Shown: positions 39,044-52,099, counted from the first letter of the stretch. The stretch is 53,348 bases of DNA from Cirrosporium novae-zelandiae (GCA_026023565.1 JAPETS010000049.1:124001-177348); one strand, 5' to 3'. Numbers and translations are program-made. The notes: generated from the letters alone by a model not told the origin.

Positions 39044-39906
39044 CTATGCACCTTCCTCGGATCGTGGCTCTGTACATTCCGGCGTCTTGTTTGGCATAGT
39101 CTTGAAGCCATTGATTTCCCACCCAAAAGCGCCCTTGGGGCTTTTTCCCAGTCCACCTCCTCGAGAATCCGTCATCTCCCATTCAACTAGCTGTGGACCA
39201 AATTTACCATGCTCCTCCCCTTCTTCGAAGTCAAAGACCCGGAAATCGGCATTGTCGAATTTCTTCTGGCACAAACCAACCCGCAAGAACCCAGCATGTG
39301 ACACGACAGCAATGGCCTTCTCAGGCCTATCCCTAAGCCAACGTCTAGCCGCAATACCTCTTTTAGTCAAAGCTTCTTGTGAGTATTCATAGAAACCTTC
39401 CTTGGACGGGTACACAGGGTCAATCTCCGACCAGTCAAACTGCGGCCATTCTTGTGATATTTGCGAAATCGGACTGCCGACATCACACGGCTTGATTGTC
39501 GTCTCTTGGAACTCGGCCCGGACCACAGCTGGCACACCACGTTCCATCAGCCAACCGAGTGACTGCTCCGTGGTCTGCAGGGTGCGGCGCATTGGAGAAA
39601 CCACTATCAGGTCGATTTGTTGGGCAATGGGAAGCGAGGACTGCAGGGACTGACAAAGCGAGTTGCATTGAGGGCCAAGACCGAGTTCCGTAAGGGGAGG
39701 GTCATGGATGGTGTAATTTTGTGTGTTGTGTTAGTTATATCTATATACGTACATCCCCACAATGGGAAATGCGATGGGGGAAAACTTATTGGTCACGTCT
39801 AGGATATGATTAGGAAGGAGGTTGCAGAGGTGGAGAATGGGCGTAAAGAGAATGACGGACTATGTAGTGCTTGTGCATGTCTTATCAAGATGATCGTTGG
39901 GGCCAT
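39044..39906 (-). CDS. Histidine phosphatase / phosphoglycerate-mutase-like protein
   Basis: MAPTIILIRHAQALH-NVT-KNYTIHDPPLTELG...VVSPMRRTLQT...AEFQE...AVVSHAGFL. Exons 39906-39861, 39798-39790 (9 nt) and 39720-39044. The second intron has AT...AC ends. Confidence 0.85.
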
Positions 39907-40606
39907 TTGAAGATCTTGGCACTTTGAGTCATGCAGTGCTGCTAGAAGACTCTGCAGGATAAGATAATAATACAATGAAGGAGAAGTGCTCCGAATATGA
40001 CAAATAGAAGGGGGGCGGGTTTGTGGAATCAACGTGCTGCTTTATTGTGCCCTTATGCACGCATATAGCAAAACAGGAATTTGTGGTCAGGTTGAAAGTA
40101 ATTGTCCCGCTGTTGTTATCCCAGAGGCAGATCTGGATAAAGCTGAAATTCAAATCCATGGTGTGAGTCGGCAAGCCCTATGCCAAGGACCCCGATATCC
40201 CCTATGTATTATTAGCGTAGAGTATATCCCCCTGACTAGAGACTTGATACGTACAGCACTTTGTAAACAAAGCCTTGATCTACTTCGATAATCATATGTG
40301 CTGGATGAACTTGATGTAAAATGCTGAAATTTTCATGTCCTGAGATTTCAAGAACTTGTGGCTACAAAAGCTCTCCGACAAACCTGCTGTGGGCTCTAAA
40401 TTTGTTATGAAAGTTATGATAGATGATGTCATTTATACTTGGACATTGGGCAGGCACTAATTAAGGCATCAGCACGTGCCATCTAATCTAATCTTCAAGC
40501 CTAACAATTGAACATCAAATTTGAACACTGAGCTTATCTACAAACTAACAAGCCTAGCTCTAGTGCCCGCCCAGCCGCCGCCTTGGACAAATAGGAGGCT
40601 TCTGGT

Positions 40607-40642
40607 GACCTAAAGGACCTAAAGGACCTAAAGGATCTAAAG
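40607..40642. repeat. 9-bp tandem repeat (GACCTAAAG) x4, last unit variant
   Basis: Read directly. Lies just upstream of the alpha/beta-hydrolase ATG. Confidence 0.9.
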
Positions 40643-40675
40643 TTGTCTCTCGTCCTTGTTCCACCTACCGTAAAT

Positions 40676-41509
40676 ATGCCTATCAAACCGACTCTGGTCA
40701 TGATTCACGGTGCCTGGCACAATAGACAATGCTTTGAGACTACTTCTACGAAGCTCCAATCTCTTGGATATGAGACTATTACTCCAGACTTACCAAGTTC
40801 CAGTGGTAGACCTGGGACGGGAATATTCGATGATGATGTTGCTCTCATTACATCTATCGTGTCCAAGTTACCGACGAAGGCAAGGACGTTGGCGTGATTT
40901 TGCATTCCTACTCAGGTGTACCAGGGTGTGAAGCTCTGCACGGCTTGGCAAAGGCACAGAGGGACAAGGAGGGATACTACGGAGGGGTTATTTTCTTACT
41001 ATTTATGACTGCTTGGGTGGTGGAGGAGGGGAAGTCGATTTCTCAATACGGAAAAGCCAAGAATCGTCCCCCAGTTGTTAGTAGTGTCAGTGCCAGTTGA
41101 GATTATCTTTTCTCCTACCATTTCCTTTCCACTCTGATATTAAAAACTTGTTGACCTTCTTTTTCTTCCATAGTATTCTGGAATTCCTGGGTCACCTATC
41201 GACTCTGTGTCAACTTTCTACAATGATCTTTCACCTTCAGAGGCCGACATGTGGGCGAGCAGATTGAAACATCAAAATCTTCTAGTTTTCAGGGCCCCAC
41301 TTACATACCCTGCTTACCAGGACATTCCTTCAACGTTTTTGCTTTGCGAAAATGACCAGGCAATAACCAAGAGCGAACAAGAGGAATGCAGAAAGATACT
41401 CGGAGATAGTGCAAGGATTGAGATGTGCACCGCAGGCCATTTCCCATTCATCAGCCAAAGTGATCGAGCCGTTGAAGTTATCAGAAGGGCAGTTGGCGAG
41501 CAAATCTAA
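40676..41509 (+). pseudogene. Alpha/beta-hydrolase (Abhydrolase_6-like) with a 1-nt frameshift
   Basis: KPTLVMIHGAWH...DLPS...DDVALI; the frame shifts near 40869 into TDEGKDVGVILHSYSG. After an intron: FYNDL, IPSTFLLCENDQAI, AGHFPF. Confidence 0.75.
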
Positions 41510-43129
41510 TTACTAGATTCTTACTTAGTTGTCCCAGTCTGCCAGGTCATTTATCTGTTGAAGTCGATAGAATGGACCCTTGTTCTTATGCAATGCAACC
41601 CTACAATGTGTGGAATGAATGTCATTGAGCTGCTCTGATTGAATATATAAAAGAAAGGGAGTTTCATGAAAAGCTAAAGCGGGTACCATGTTCCTAGAGC
41701 GGTTCCCCTGTCTAGCTAAGTGGAGCTACCGCGGACCACCTTAACGAAAGCTGTTCGTAGCCCCACAACAAAGTCTGATGAATCATAAGGCCTAACCAAG
41801 AGCCCAAAACAGACATACATTAAGCTTCTTCTTTTTCTCTTCTTCCATTAGCCTCATACCCCTGTATAGTAAACCCTATGTTTGGGGCTATGCAGCATGC
41901 ATGAGCGTTCTCAAGGATAACTTATCGGTGGCCTATTTCCGTACCAATTGAAAATAAGAGAATGATAGTTTTAACAGTTGTCGTAATTGCTGTGGCTTAT
42001 TCGAGGCTGTACCACCATACCCTGGTGGAACATTTAGAGTTAAGGCCAGATGGGAATTTTGGGATCAAACTGAAAGCTTAAACAACATAATGCTCTCCGT
42101 AAAGTCCCATGTGCAATTCAGCAAAAGAGTGAGGAATGGATATCATCATGCTTTCACACCCGTTACCACCCAGGATAAGCCTCGGGAAAAGAATCGAAGT
42201 CTAAAAGTTATGCCAAGAAGCGATGGTTGAGCCTCTGAATTTTATCGAGATTAGTGTCTCTCGCTATACCATTTTCTTAACTAGGTGCTATGATGATCAC
42301 CACTTCATAGATAGCCACTTAAAGGGGAAGATTATTAACGCCCACGATCTTCATTGCTTATCCGTCTCAGAAATAACAAATTTACCTCCTGTGTGTAGGT
42401 ACCTAACGGAGTAGTGCCCATTGCCCCACTCACCTCTCGGTGATAACCATGATCTACTGGATTGAACTGCATGTGAATTTTACACTGCTGCTCGTCCAGT
42501 CATTGTCAGTTCCTACACAAATAACTGGCAGGTGTTGAGTTATCGAAAGTTAACTGGTTACCGAATAACCTAGTATTGAAGAATATATGGGAGGATGGTA
42601 CAGTATGTGACTCAATAGAAAATGCATCAAACCAACAGAATATACACACCGTATAGATAAGAACCCAAATTAAGTTTAGGTATTTCCTTTTTGTCACTCC
42701 TCTGCACCTACTATGATGAACCGAACTTATCACGGACGTGCGCTGAAACAACAAGAACAGTTCTCACTAATTAACTTTGCTGCCTCAAACTCGTACCGTC
42801 GCAAACTATGATGCTGAGGGCCCATTTTTGATGTTTATACCTTGATGATGCATGCATATATTGAATCGTCCCCCCGGTACTGTATACTGTCTACGACTTT
42901 CTTATGTATATTACCCGAGTGCGTTTCTAGATCGCAATTGCTTATAACTTTTCGATTTCTTTCATTCTCTCCAAACCTTTTAGAGTGCAAGATTTCATGA
43001 AAAATAACTTTGAAGATCCCACAAGTTACTCATTAACCTGGTGCATAACCAAAGCTATTTTTTGAATTAGTCACCAGCTCTAGTTATTTTTTTGGCCCAT
43101 AGCCATAACCATTCTTTTATATATTTGCC

Positions 43130-45072
43130 ATGGAGGACAATACTTCCACCCTCAAAGAAAAAAACAGCGAATTCTCTTTATCATCTGCTACAAGCGCCAA
43201 CCCCTCTCTAATAACTACCATATACAAAAACGAAGCAGAGTTGCAGGAAACTACTATAACAGATGAATCATCGACACGCTCCCCTTCACCTGCATTAGAT
43301 TCAAATCCCCCAAATCCCATCGAACCAGAGCCACCGAGTGTGGCCACAGAGCCTCCTTATCATGTTCTTACGCATAGAGGGAAGTTGCTGTGAGTTCTTC
43401 CTCGCTATTTTCCTATGACTCTGCTGATAGCTGCCAATAGTTTGGTATTATTGGTCTCTCTCGGAGCTACCTTTTCCCCTTTATCTAGCAATATATATTT
43501 CCCCACTCTAGATCTTATCGCCGACACGTTGAATATTTCTAACGAGGCGGTCGCATCAACTATAACAATATACATGTAAGTTTGTACATGTACAATAACA
43601 TGTCATCTGTCATCCACCAACGAAACTAACTCTACTTAGGGTCGCACAAGGACTTGCACCCTCAGTCTGGGGGCCACTGGCTGACTGTCTTGGTCGTCGT
43701 CAAATCCTAATTTATACCTTGACATTATATGTTGGGGCTAATATCGGTCTTGCTCTTTCAAATAACCTTGCAATGCTCCTCTTATTTCGTTTCATACAAG
43801 CTGCCGGTAGTTCCTCAACGATATCCATTGGTTAGTCTGACATATATCCGAGAAGGCTTAGACGTCTTGGCTTGCTAACTCACTGAATCAGGTGCGGGTG
43901 TTATTGCTGACATTGCTCCCCCAGCCGAGAGAGCTGGGTTCATCGGTATATTTGCTGGAGGTTTGTCACATACCGGAGGGTACTTCTCCATAGATGCATC
44001 AACAACTAACTTTTGCACAGTTCGACAATTTTCCATGGCCATAGGCCCTGTTATAGGTGGCCTCCTTGGTGGCACGTTTGGCTTTCGCTCTATCTTCTGG
44101 TTCCTCATTATCCTTGGTGGCTTCGCAACCATTACCATCGCTCTCCTTCTTCCCGAAACCCTTCGCCGCATTGCTGGCAATGGTGAAATCACCCTCACCG
44201 GGTGGCGCTATCGGTCTCTATACGACAAGCTCTGGCCAGCGAAGAACCCATCTCAGGCTACCCCTCAAGACGAGGCGACTTCTCGGGATCGAAGCCCCAA
44301 GATAACCGTCCGCATCTTCTTCGAACCGTTGCTCTTTCTCTTCGAGAAAGATGTAGGGTGTACGCTCTGCTTTGGCGCCGTAATCTACACTGTCTGGTCC
44401 ATGGTAACATCTAGCACTACCACACTCTTGTTTAAAACGTACGGTCTCAGTGTTATCGAGACAGGGCTTTGCTTTCTCCCCAACGGCATCGGATGCGTAG
44501 TAGGTTCTACTATTGCAGGACGCATAATGGACATCGACTTCAAGCACGCCGCAGACTCATACCGCGCCGACCATGGGCTATTGGCTAGCCATCCATTACC
44601 TAAACATCAATTACCCCGCGACTTCCCCCTCGAACGGGCGAGGTTGGCACAATTACCTACAATGGTGTCCTTTTTCATCTTTGGTGTTTTGGTCTATGGC
44701 TGGAGTCTCAATCCTAACACTACTCTTGCACTGCCACTCATCGCACAGTTTGTCATTGGTTTCTCCAGTACAGCAGTACTAAATTTGAATAATACCCTAA
44801 CTATTGACTTGTATCCCGGAAAAGGTGCTGGAGCTACGGCCGTCAATAACCTCGCTAGATGCTCCTTTGGTGCTGTAGGTGTCGCGCTGACCGAGGTGGC
44901 ATTAGCCAAAATTGGCCCAGGAACTCTGTTTCTCATCCTGGCCTGTGTTGTGGTGGCGGCTACACCACTAGCTTGGGCAGAGTGGGTATATGGCACAAAG
45001 TGGAGGGCTGATAGAATGGACAGGATAGCTTCGAAAACGGAGAAGAAAGCGCAAGCGGAAATGAGAGTATAA
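43130..45072 (+). CDS. MFS drug:H+ antiporter (DHA1, QDR-like)
   Basis: SPLSSNIYFPTL, GLAPSVWGPLADCLGRR, FRFIQAAGSSSTISIGAGVIADIAPPAERAG, IGPVIGG, LPETLR, FPLERARL, AVNNLARC. Multiple introns. Confidence 0.92.
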
Positions 45073-46181
45073 ATAAAGGATGGAAGATGGCGCTAGATTT
45101 ATAGAGGATATGGAAAATGGATGAATAATTTTACAATTTTATAGAAATATGGACATCGACGTAGAGTCCTATAGCGAGATTGATCAACTATAGATTAATA
45201 ACTTTTGGTTTTGGCTGGATCAAAACCCTAGCCAACAATAATATACTGGACCACTTGATCTTAAACACATGTCCTTTCTCATAGTCCTTGACTCCTTATC
45301 TTGGAAAAGCATTGCCAACTAAAGTATTCATCTAATAGGTAGTGGGTTGATACATATATATTTATGGAGTTGTTCTCAACTTTCAACTTTTCTCGTCCTC
45401 TCCAAGATCTAGTACACTGTCCATGATTAAATTGATGGATTGGTGACCTTTATCATTCTCTACGTTTCCTCTCTTTCTGTTAATAACAGATGACGGCAAG
45501 CGTAGGAGGTGGGAGAAGTGAAAGTAAAAATAAAGGCATAGCTAGTTGAAGTTGGCCGACGTTGAAGGCCCTGGTTGATCTGGCGGGAGCTAAATCATGT
45601 AGGAGGGGTGGGTCAAGCGAAACATCCGGATCCGACTTGAACTGTCTGTCTATCAGTACCCTTGTAGCCGTGGGTTAAAGTGACATTACAGGTGGAATAA
45701 TGCATGTTTTGCTAATACGGAAAAATACATTAAGATGTGTAAGTGCATGCATAAACTTGATCGTCCACGGGAAGCTGCAAGGTGATATTGATGGCCAATA
45801 AGATTAATCAGTTATACCAGGACATCTCAACAACCACCCACAGGAACTTCGTACCTGCGCATCGACGTTGCATGTCCTCGTGAATATCTGCATGTCACCA
45901 TCTTCATAAGGTATTCCGTTGAAATCTATTGTTAACCGAAGCCAGACTGAGGTGAATCAACACGACTCGGAACAATATAACAATATCCAAGATATTCATT
46001 ACAACTAGAATTTCACGGGGTTGTGCTGGATTCAAGCCATCCATGGTTTGAATGCCCACCTTGGACTCCGTGACACATGTGTTGAACTGTACTTATTCAC
46101 AATGGCCCTCCCACATTGTTTCTTTGAATTCCCATTTACATTGTATCGCGTGTATATCGCTGTCCTTTGTTCCCCTTTACG

Positions 46182-47586
46182 ATGATTAATCTTTTAATTT
46201 TTGCCTTTTACTATCTCTTGTTAGCAGTGCCATCAAGCGCTGCCCTTGAATGGCCTTATGGTCCTCTATCAACCGAGAGTAGATGGATTGTTAATGCTAA
46301 TGGTGACAAGGTCATCTATGCAGGCGCAAACTGGCCTGGAGCAGCAGATACCATGATCCCAGAAGGGCTACAATATTCCTCTATTGCAGACATTGTGAGC
46401 AAGATCAAAAATATTGGCATGAATGTGTACGCTCAAATGCTACAACATTTGGCTTTCCGAGCTTGACTATCGTCCTAGTATTCGTCTTACCTATGCTATC
46501 CAAATGATCGATGAGATTTATGAGAACGGACAGGATACGGATATTAAGACATCGCTTATTAATGCCCTCGGGGAGACTAATGGCACAAGCGTTTATAATG
46601 CTGTTGTGGAGAACAATCCTCAGTTCGGGCCAACTACCACACGCTTAGATGTACGTTGCGATATGTAAGATGCTACAACTAGATCTCTAACTATGCATGA
46701 TAGGTCTTTGATGCTATCGCTGCCGAATGTGCTGAGCAGGAGATTTATGTTCATCTGGATAATCATATATCAAAGGCCGAATGGTGCTGCAGTAGTGACG
46801 ATGGCAATTCTTGGTTTTGGGATACCTATTTCAACGTCACCAGTTGGAAAAGAGGATTAAGCTATATGGCCACCCACGTAAGAAAATAATAAGGCAATGT
46901 TTGATTCTGTGAAAAGCAACTAACAAATGTAGGCGGTATCCTGGACGAGCCTTACGAGTATGTCCCTTCGCAATGAGCTACGTGAACCTGACAACTCAAC
47001 CCTCGACGAGTTAAGCTACAATTGGCATGACTGGTACATCAATGTCGTTGCCGCAGCAGATGCCATTAATGCGGCTAATCCAGACGTGCTGATTTTCCTT
47101 TCTGGTCTTAATTTTGATACCGAGTTCCATCCAATTCCAGCTGGAAGCGACCTGGGAAGTGGTATCGTGTTTAATAAATCTGACTTTGCCTATGCTGACA
47201 AGCTCGTGCTTGAGATTCATGACTACGCTACAGTCACGAGCTGTAGCTCAGAAGAATCTAGGCTCTACTATAACGTCCTGGGGGCACTTAACACTTCCGA
47301 TTCAGACATTGTTAATATATTTCCCGTTGTTATGACCGAATGGGGCCTTGCACAAACCACTTCGGGATACACAGCCGCGTATGCGTCGTGTTTGGCAGAC
47401 ATTTTGCCAGAGCAGCAAGTCGGGTGGATGATATGGGTTCTAGCAGGATCGTATTATATTAGGGAGGGAACGCAGGATTATGAGGAATCCTGGGGTCTTT
47501 TCGATCATGAGTGGGATGACTGGAGGTGCCCTGATTGCATAGAAGATGATTTGATACCGATGATAAATGCAACTCTACAAGGGTAA
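46182..47586 (+). CDS. Secreted glycoside hydrolase family 5 (probably GH5_16-like)
   Basis: Signal peptide, YAGANWPGAADTMIPEGLQY, VHLDNHISKAEWCCS..DGN, MSLRNELR (acid/base), LEIHDY, VVMTEWG (nucleophile), WVLAGSYYIREG. Confidence 0.88.
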
Positions 47587-47650
47587 AGCATCTCCGTTAA
47601 AAATTCAACTGAGGTTTAAACTTTGTTTTCTTTATAAATGGAACCAAGTT

Positions 47651-47729
47651 TGGTGAAAAGGATAGACTGCTCTCGGTCTGGACCGTTTACGTCAGACCAT
47701 CTATTTGGTCTGGTCTATTCCTTTCGTTG
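47651..47729. mobile_element. 79-bp hAT-like MITE relic
   Basis: Perfect 8-bp flanking duplication ACCAAGTT (47643-47650 and 47730-47737). 17-bp TIRs (11/17 identical, all 6 differences transitions). Shares an AGACCRTCTATTTGGT subterminal motif with the 892-990 element. Confidence 0.7.
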
Positions 47730-48769
47730 ACCAAGTTTTGGTGATTTAAGATGGGTCGAGAAAGATGGTATTGCTCTCGCTAATCTGCTAGTAATAAGCC
47801 TCCTAAGTGCTTTTTAGAGGTCTTTTCTGCCTTTAGGTCCACTATCTAGGCCGTTAATCGGGAATAAACTGAAATAGCTAAGGCCAATTTTATTGCCGTG
47901 TATGATGCAGCAATGGAGCCGGCAGGACTGATAATTTCTTGGTGGTAATGAATATCTCTTGACGGGAATTCCAGAGGCCTTCAAATTCCCCAACTTCCTT
48001 TTCGTTCTGATACTCTGTCGTTATCGTAGGGGTTTGATCTTCAAAAATGATTCGGCTTCAGAGGACTTTACTTTGCTGTTCTCAATCTCTCTTTAAGATC
48101 TACTCCTCCCAGACTCTAGACTCTACACGCTTACACCTTTTCAACATCTACACTTCACACTCATTATCTGCGTTGTCCTCCGTTTTATTTCTCTTCCTCT
48201 TCCGCACGATCCTGTCGTAGTGCTCCTCTCTTGTCATTTCCATCTCCAGTCTCGTTCTTATCTAGCTCTTATCTTCTCCTTTCTATCTCCTATCCTGTCG
48301 TTCCGAACGCAACAATTTTGGCCTCTAAATGAGATGCGGTATGTTCACAGTCTCTTCTGAGACGGTCTCCGCGGGAGTAACTCAGTCTTCCTGGAGACAA
48401 CGTATAGACTTCTTCAGAGAATATACGCATATATTAGTCATAACTATACAAGTAGGCTTCAGTACAATTAGTAATGGTCATTGCTGCTCGCCTCGTCAAG
48501 AACATCTCGGCAGTAAGAAGGTAGTCTTTCAAAAAGAGTGCTTTCTTTGATTACGATTAACGTTAGGAGCAATTGTCTGCAAACATTATACCCCTTATCC
48601 CATATATCATCATAACGACCCCTTTCGGTAACTAGCTAAATGATTCGGCTAATCTGTACGATCTACTGTAAGCAAGGACCGGCCTCGGTTCGATGGTTTA
48701 TCCTCTACACTGTTCGTCCTCTACATCGTTCGTCGACCCTTGGCCTCGGCCTCCTTGCTGCGGGTGCTT

Positions 48770-48981
48770 GGTCTCGACGGCAAAACACCGCTGCCCACTC
48801 TCCGCCTTTCAGAAATCGTTGGCTTTCTACCATATGCCTCCTCTCTACTTTGGGTTATGCGTGGATGCTGATGTCGTAACACGTGTCTCTGAGTTGGAAC
48901 GTCTCGCATACTTTGCATTTCTTGCATACAATTACTTGATATCGCAGCAAATACTGGAATTATTTGTTGGAATTCGACCAT
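48770..48981 (-). pseudogene. Relic of a DUF3505-like N-terminal domain (as in telomere-linked RecQ helicase genes)
   Basis: With frameshifts it reads MVEFQQI/FQYLLRYQVIVCKKCK-YA...HVLRHQHPRIT/KVERRHMVE...GQRCFAVE, matching the recalled CxxC..H..H pattern of DUF3505. Confidence 0.45.
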
Positions 48982-49187
48982 TTTGACAGCCACTGCTGCC
49001 GTACGTCTTGTACAGTATGGGAATCGGCTGCGACAAACACTATAATACATAAGGACCCTTGCTTATATTTTGACTTGGGCTGATGACGGTTATCCTTCCT
49101 CATTCTGTGACAATGACGGCTATCTACGCGATTCGTTCGCGGATAGGCGTTTACACAATGCAATCTTTTCTTTAAGCGAGATCGAAT

Positions 49188-51455
49188 TCAGCCATTGCCG
49201 TCTCTTCCCGTCCATGTGAGCCACTGTTCGGTTCCAAAGGTCTCGTCGGTTAAGAACGGATAATTCTCTGGGATCTCCATCGAATAAGACAAGGAATCCA
49301 TCAAATCGAGGTCTGAAGATCTGAAGGGCATTGCTTGGGTAGCAGAAGCAGATCCATCACTAGAAGTAGTAGTCTGCCAAAGTCCCTGCGGCTGCTGACT
49401 TGAAGTGGGATAGGGTTGCTTTGGCGCAGCTTTGGCAGCGTAAATCTTACGAGAGACATGGATTCTCCCGACAAGAGCAAGATTCAGAGTTATCTCTTGC
49501 GATTCTAACGTTTGCGGTTGTTGGAGCAGTGAACTCAACGAGCGGATGGCGTCCACTGCCTGGTGTGCGAAATCCCCTCCGGCCCAATCAGCAGCGAACC
49601 CCATCATCCGAACAACTTGGTCTACGAGCCCTGTTGTGACGTTAACATCAACTGCCTGTAGGAAAGTGCCAGAGCTACGGGTAGTGCGAAAGCTGGCAAG
49701 CAGGAGGAAAACAATGGCCGTGAAAGCTTGTAAGTCGATCACCTGGTTTGCAAAGAAGCCGGCTGGGAGGATAGGACGCATTGATACGTAGCGTCTGGCC
49801 AACTCTTGGCAAGCATCCAAGCAGGTGATGAAGTTGAAAGCAAATTCTTGGCCCTCGTCATACTTGAGTGCAAGCTGGAGATGCGTTCTCACCGTGAGAT
49901 ACTGATGCCAGTATTGCAAGAGTGCATCGATCGAGAGCTCGGGTGAGTGGATTTTCCACCAACTCTTAGGTGTGAGGCTAGCTAATGACCGCAGCTCCTG
50001 GTCAGTGCCGATGACAGCATTGAACAGTTCCATGAGAGGTCTTCCGGAGGAGTAGATGTTATCTAGCTCAAGTATGCGACTCGCGATGTCCGCTAGATTG
50101 TATAGGTAAGATTGGGGGTTGACTTGACCCTGAGAATCAACTATTGGCCGCTTTGGAAGGGGATAGTTTACTGTTCCGAGAGGTAGCGACCACATCATTG
50201 ATATTATCCTATCGACCGCACAAATATACTCCCATACTTCAGCTTTCTGTCTGCATAACCCAGCAAGTGAAGGGGATGCTTCTGCTTGGGCACCGCGCGA
50301 CGTGCCTGCCAGCGATTCTTGGTGCGGTGCCATAGCCATCGAGACCCGTGGCAGGCCAATCAACTCTGCCAAAGCAATGACCCGTCGTGTGAGCAGCCAC
50401 ATCTTTCTCACTCTTGCGCGGCCAAGTTGACTGGATACATAAAAGGTCCGTTGTTAGGACGATCCTTGGATACACGATCAGGTGACAGGCGGTAAACTTA
50501 CAGCCTGAGGAACAGCAGTATCGTCTCTATGCCTTCCAAACTCCCTACAAGAGCGTCGTCAGAGATAATAATGCGCTCAACGCTATCAGACACACCCTTG
50601 ATGAATGAGGATGCATCTCTGATGCTTTCCACCGCACGACCAGCAGTGTCATCCGGCGCTTGCTGGACGGTTATTGCGATAGACAAGAGAAGAGCAGCAA
50701 TTGCTACCAAATCTGTGTTTGGATCCTGCAGCTTATCATACTGCGATAGCATCTCATCACTGGTTTTCGTTATGTTGATCATTGGGAAGAGTGCATTGTA
50801 CAGGGACAGCCATGACGAGGCATGGGTTGCGATGATAAGCATATCCTCCCTCGAGGGCATCAACCTGCGTAAGATAGAGCTTCTCTGCGCTTTGTCAAGG
50901 CTGGATGCATGATGCGACGGGGTAGCAGATCCATAAGAACCGAGTAAGCCGTTGTCGAACAGTTGGAGAAGGTGGCTTGGTGGGTTCGTTGGAGACAAGT
51001 CGGATGTATTTGAGTCAGAATCATCATCGCTTGGCTTGTCGTGAAGAACATCTGCATTCTCTGTTTGCGATAGTGGTTGCGGATGGGTGGCAGCTTCAGT
51101 GTGCACACACCCAAGCTTGGCCTCCAGATTGTGCACAGTTGCCCAAAGGCTAGAAACTTCACTTTCCAGATGTCTAATGCGAGCTCGTGACGTCACCCTA
51201 ACGGCATTAGAGGTTGGCATCATGCGCACCTGCATCTCACATTTTCGACCCCGAGTTAAACAGCTTTGGCAAGTCTCTGCCCCTTCCGACAGCCATACGC
51301 ACCGAACCTTGCGGTGTCTGCCTATACAGCATGTCAGAATACCAGACGAGACACCAAGCGAGAATGGAGGCAAGATGTAATCGATGTGACAGCTCACATT
51401 CGATACAGCTCTTCGTCCCCTTGCGAACGCTCTTTGCCGGAGGTTCTTGCGACAT
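49188..51455 (-). CDS. Zn(II)2Cys6 fungal transcription factor
   Basis: RKGTKSCIEC/RHRKVRCVWLSEGAETCQSCLTRGRKC binuclear cluster split by an intron. PSHLLQLFDNGLL and middle-homology region MWLLTRRVIALAELIGLP...VDRIISMMWSLP. Confidence 0.9.
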
Positions 51456-52099
51456 CGGGCGAAGCTGTAGTGAGTGGTGATGTTGGCTTTCTGCTATACG
51501 GTCCGCGACACGGTGGGCGGCCGACTAGGTGACTTTTGTAGCATGCGACTGTCTGAGATAAGATGCGATCCCCCTAGTAACCGCGACCAATGAAAAAAGC
51601 TGGCCAAAATTTCCTAGAAAATACTGGAGTAAAAAGATGACAAAGGTGTACAGGCTGAAGTTATTCTCGGAAAATAAGGTGTAAAATTCGGCTTTATGAA
51701 GTCAAAAATTCCTAAAAAAAGGCCCGTGCGACCCTAGGGGGACCGTTTCTTAGTGTGCTTGGCCCGAGACGGAGTCCGCGACCCCACAGTTGTCTTGGCC
51801 TCAGCAGTGGCCTTCGTCCGAAATCATGTCCGAATGTCATGGCATATTTCATGGTTTCCGCTATAAATTATATTCTGAGTGAAAGCTAATCAAAAGTAGC
51901 AGTAAAGGGATAATGAACTTGTATAAGAACAGGCTTGGGGGCAACATTCACCAATGCAGAAAATACCCTTTGCATTTTTGCTCAACGCGCTGCACTCCAC
52001 CTGAAGCTTTTACCCTTTGTGTCTATCGTGGAGGAGCGGTATCTAAACGTCATCAGAAGGAGTGTCATCACTTTACGGAGGTAGTCAAAAACGATAATC

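Noticed and set aside
41600..43000. Short ORFs between the hydrolase and MFS genes
   Set aside because: No recognisable motifs or consistent splice model; treated as intergenic.
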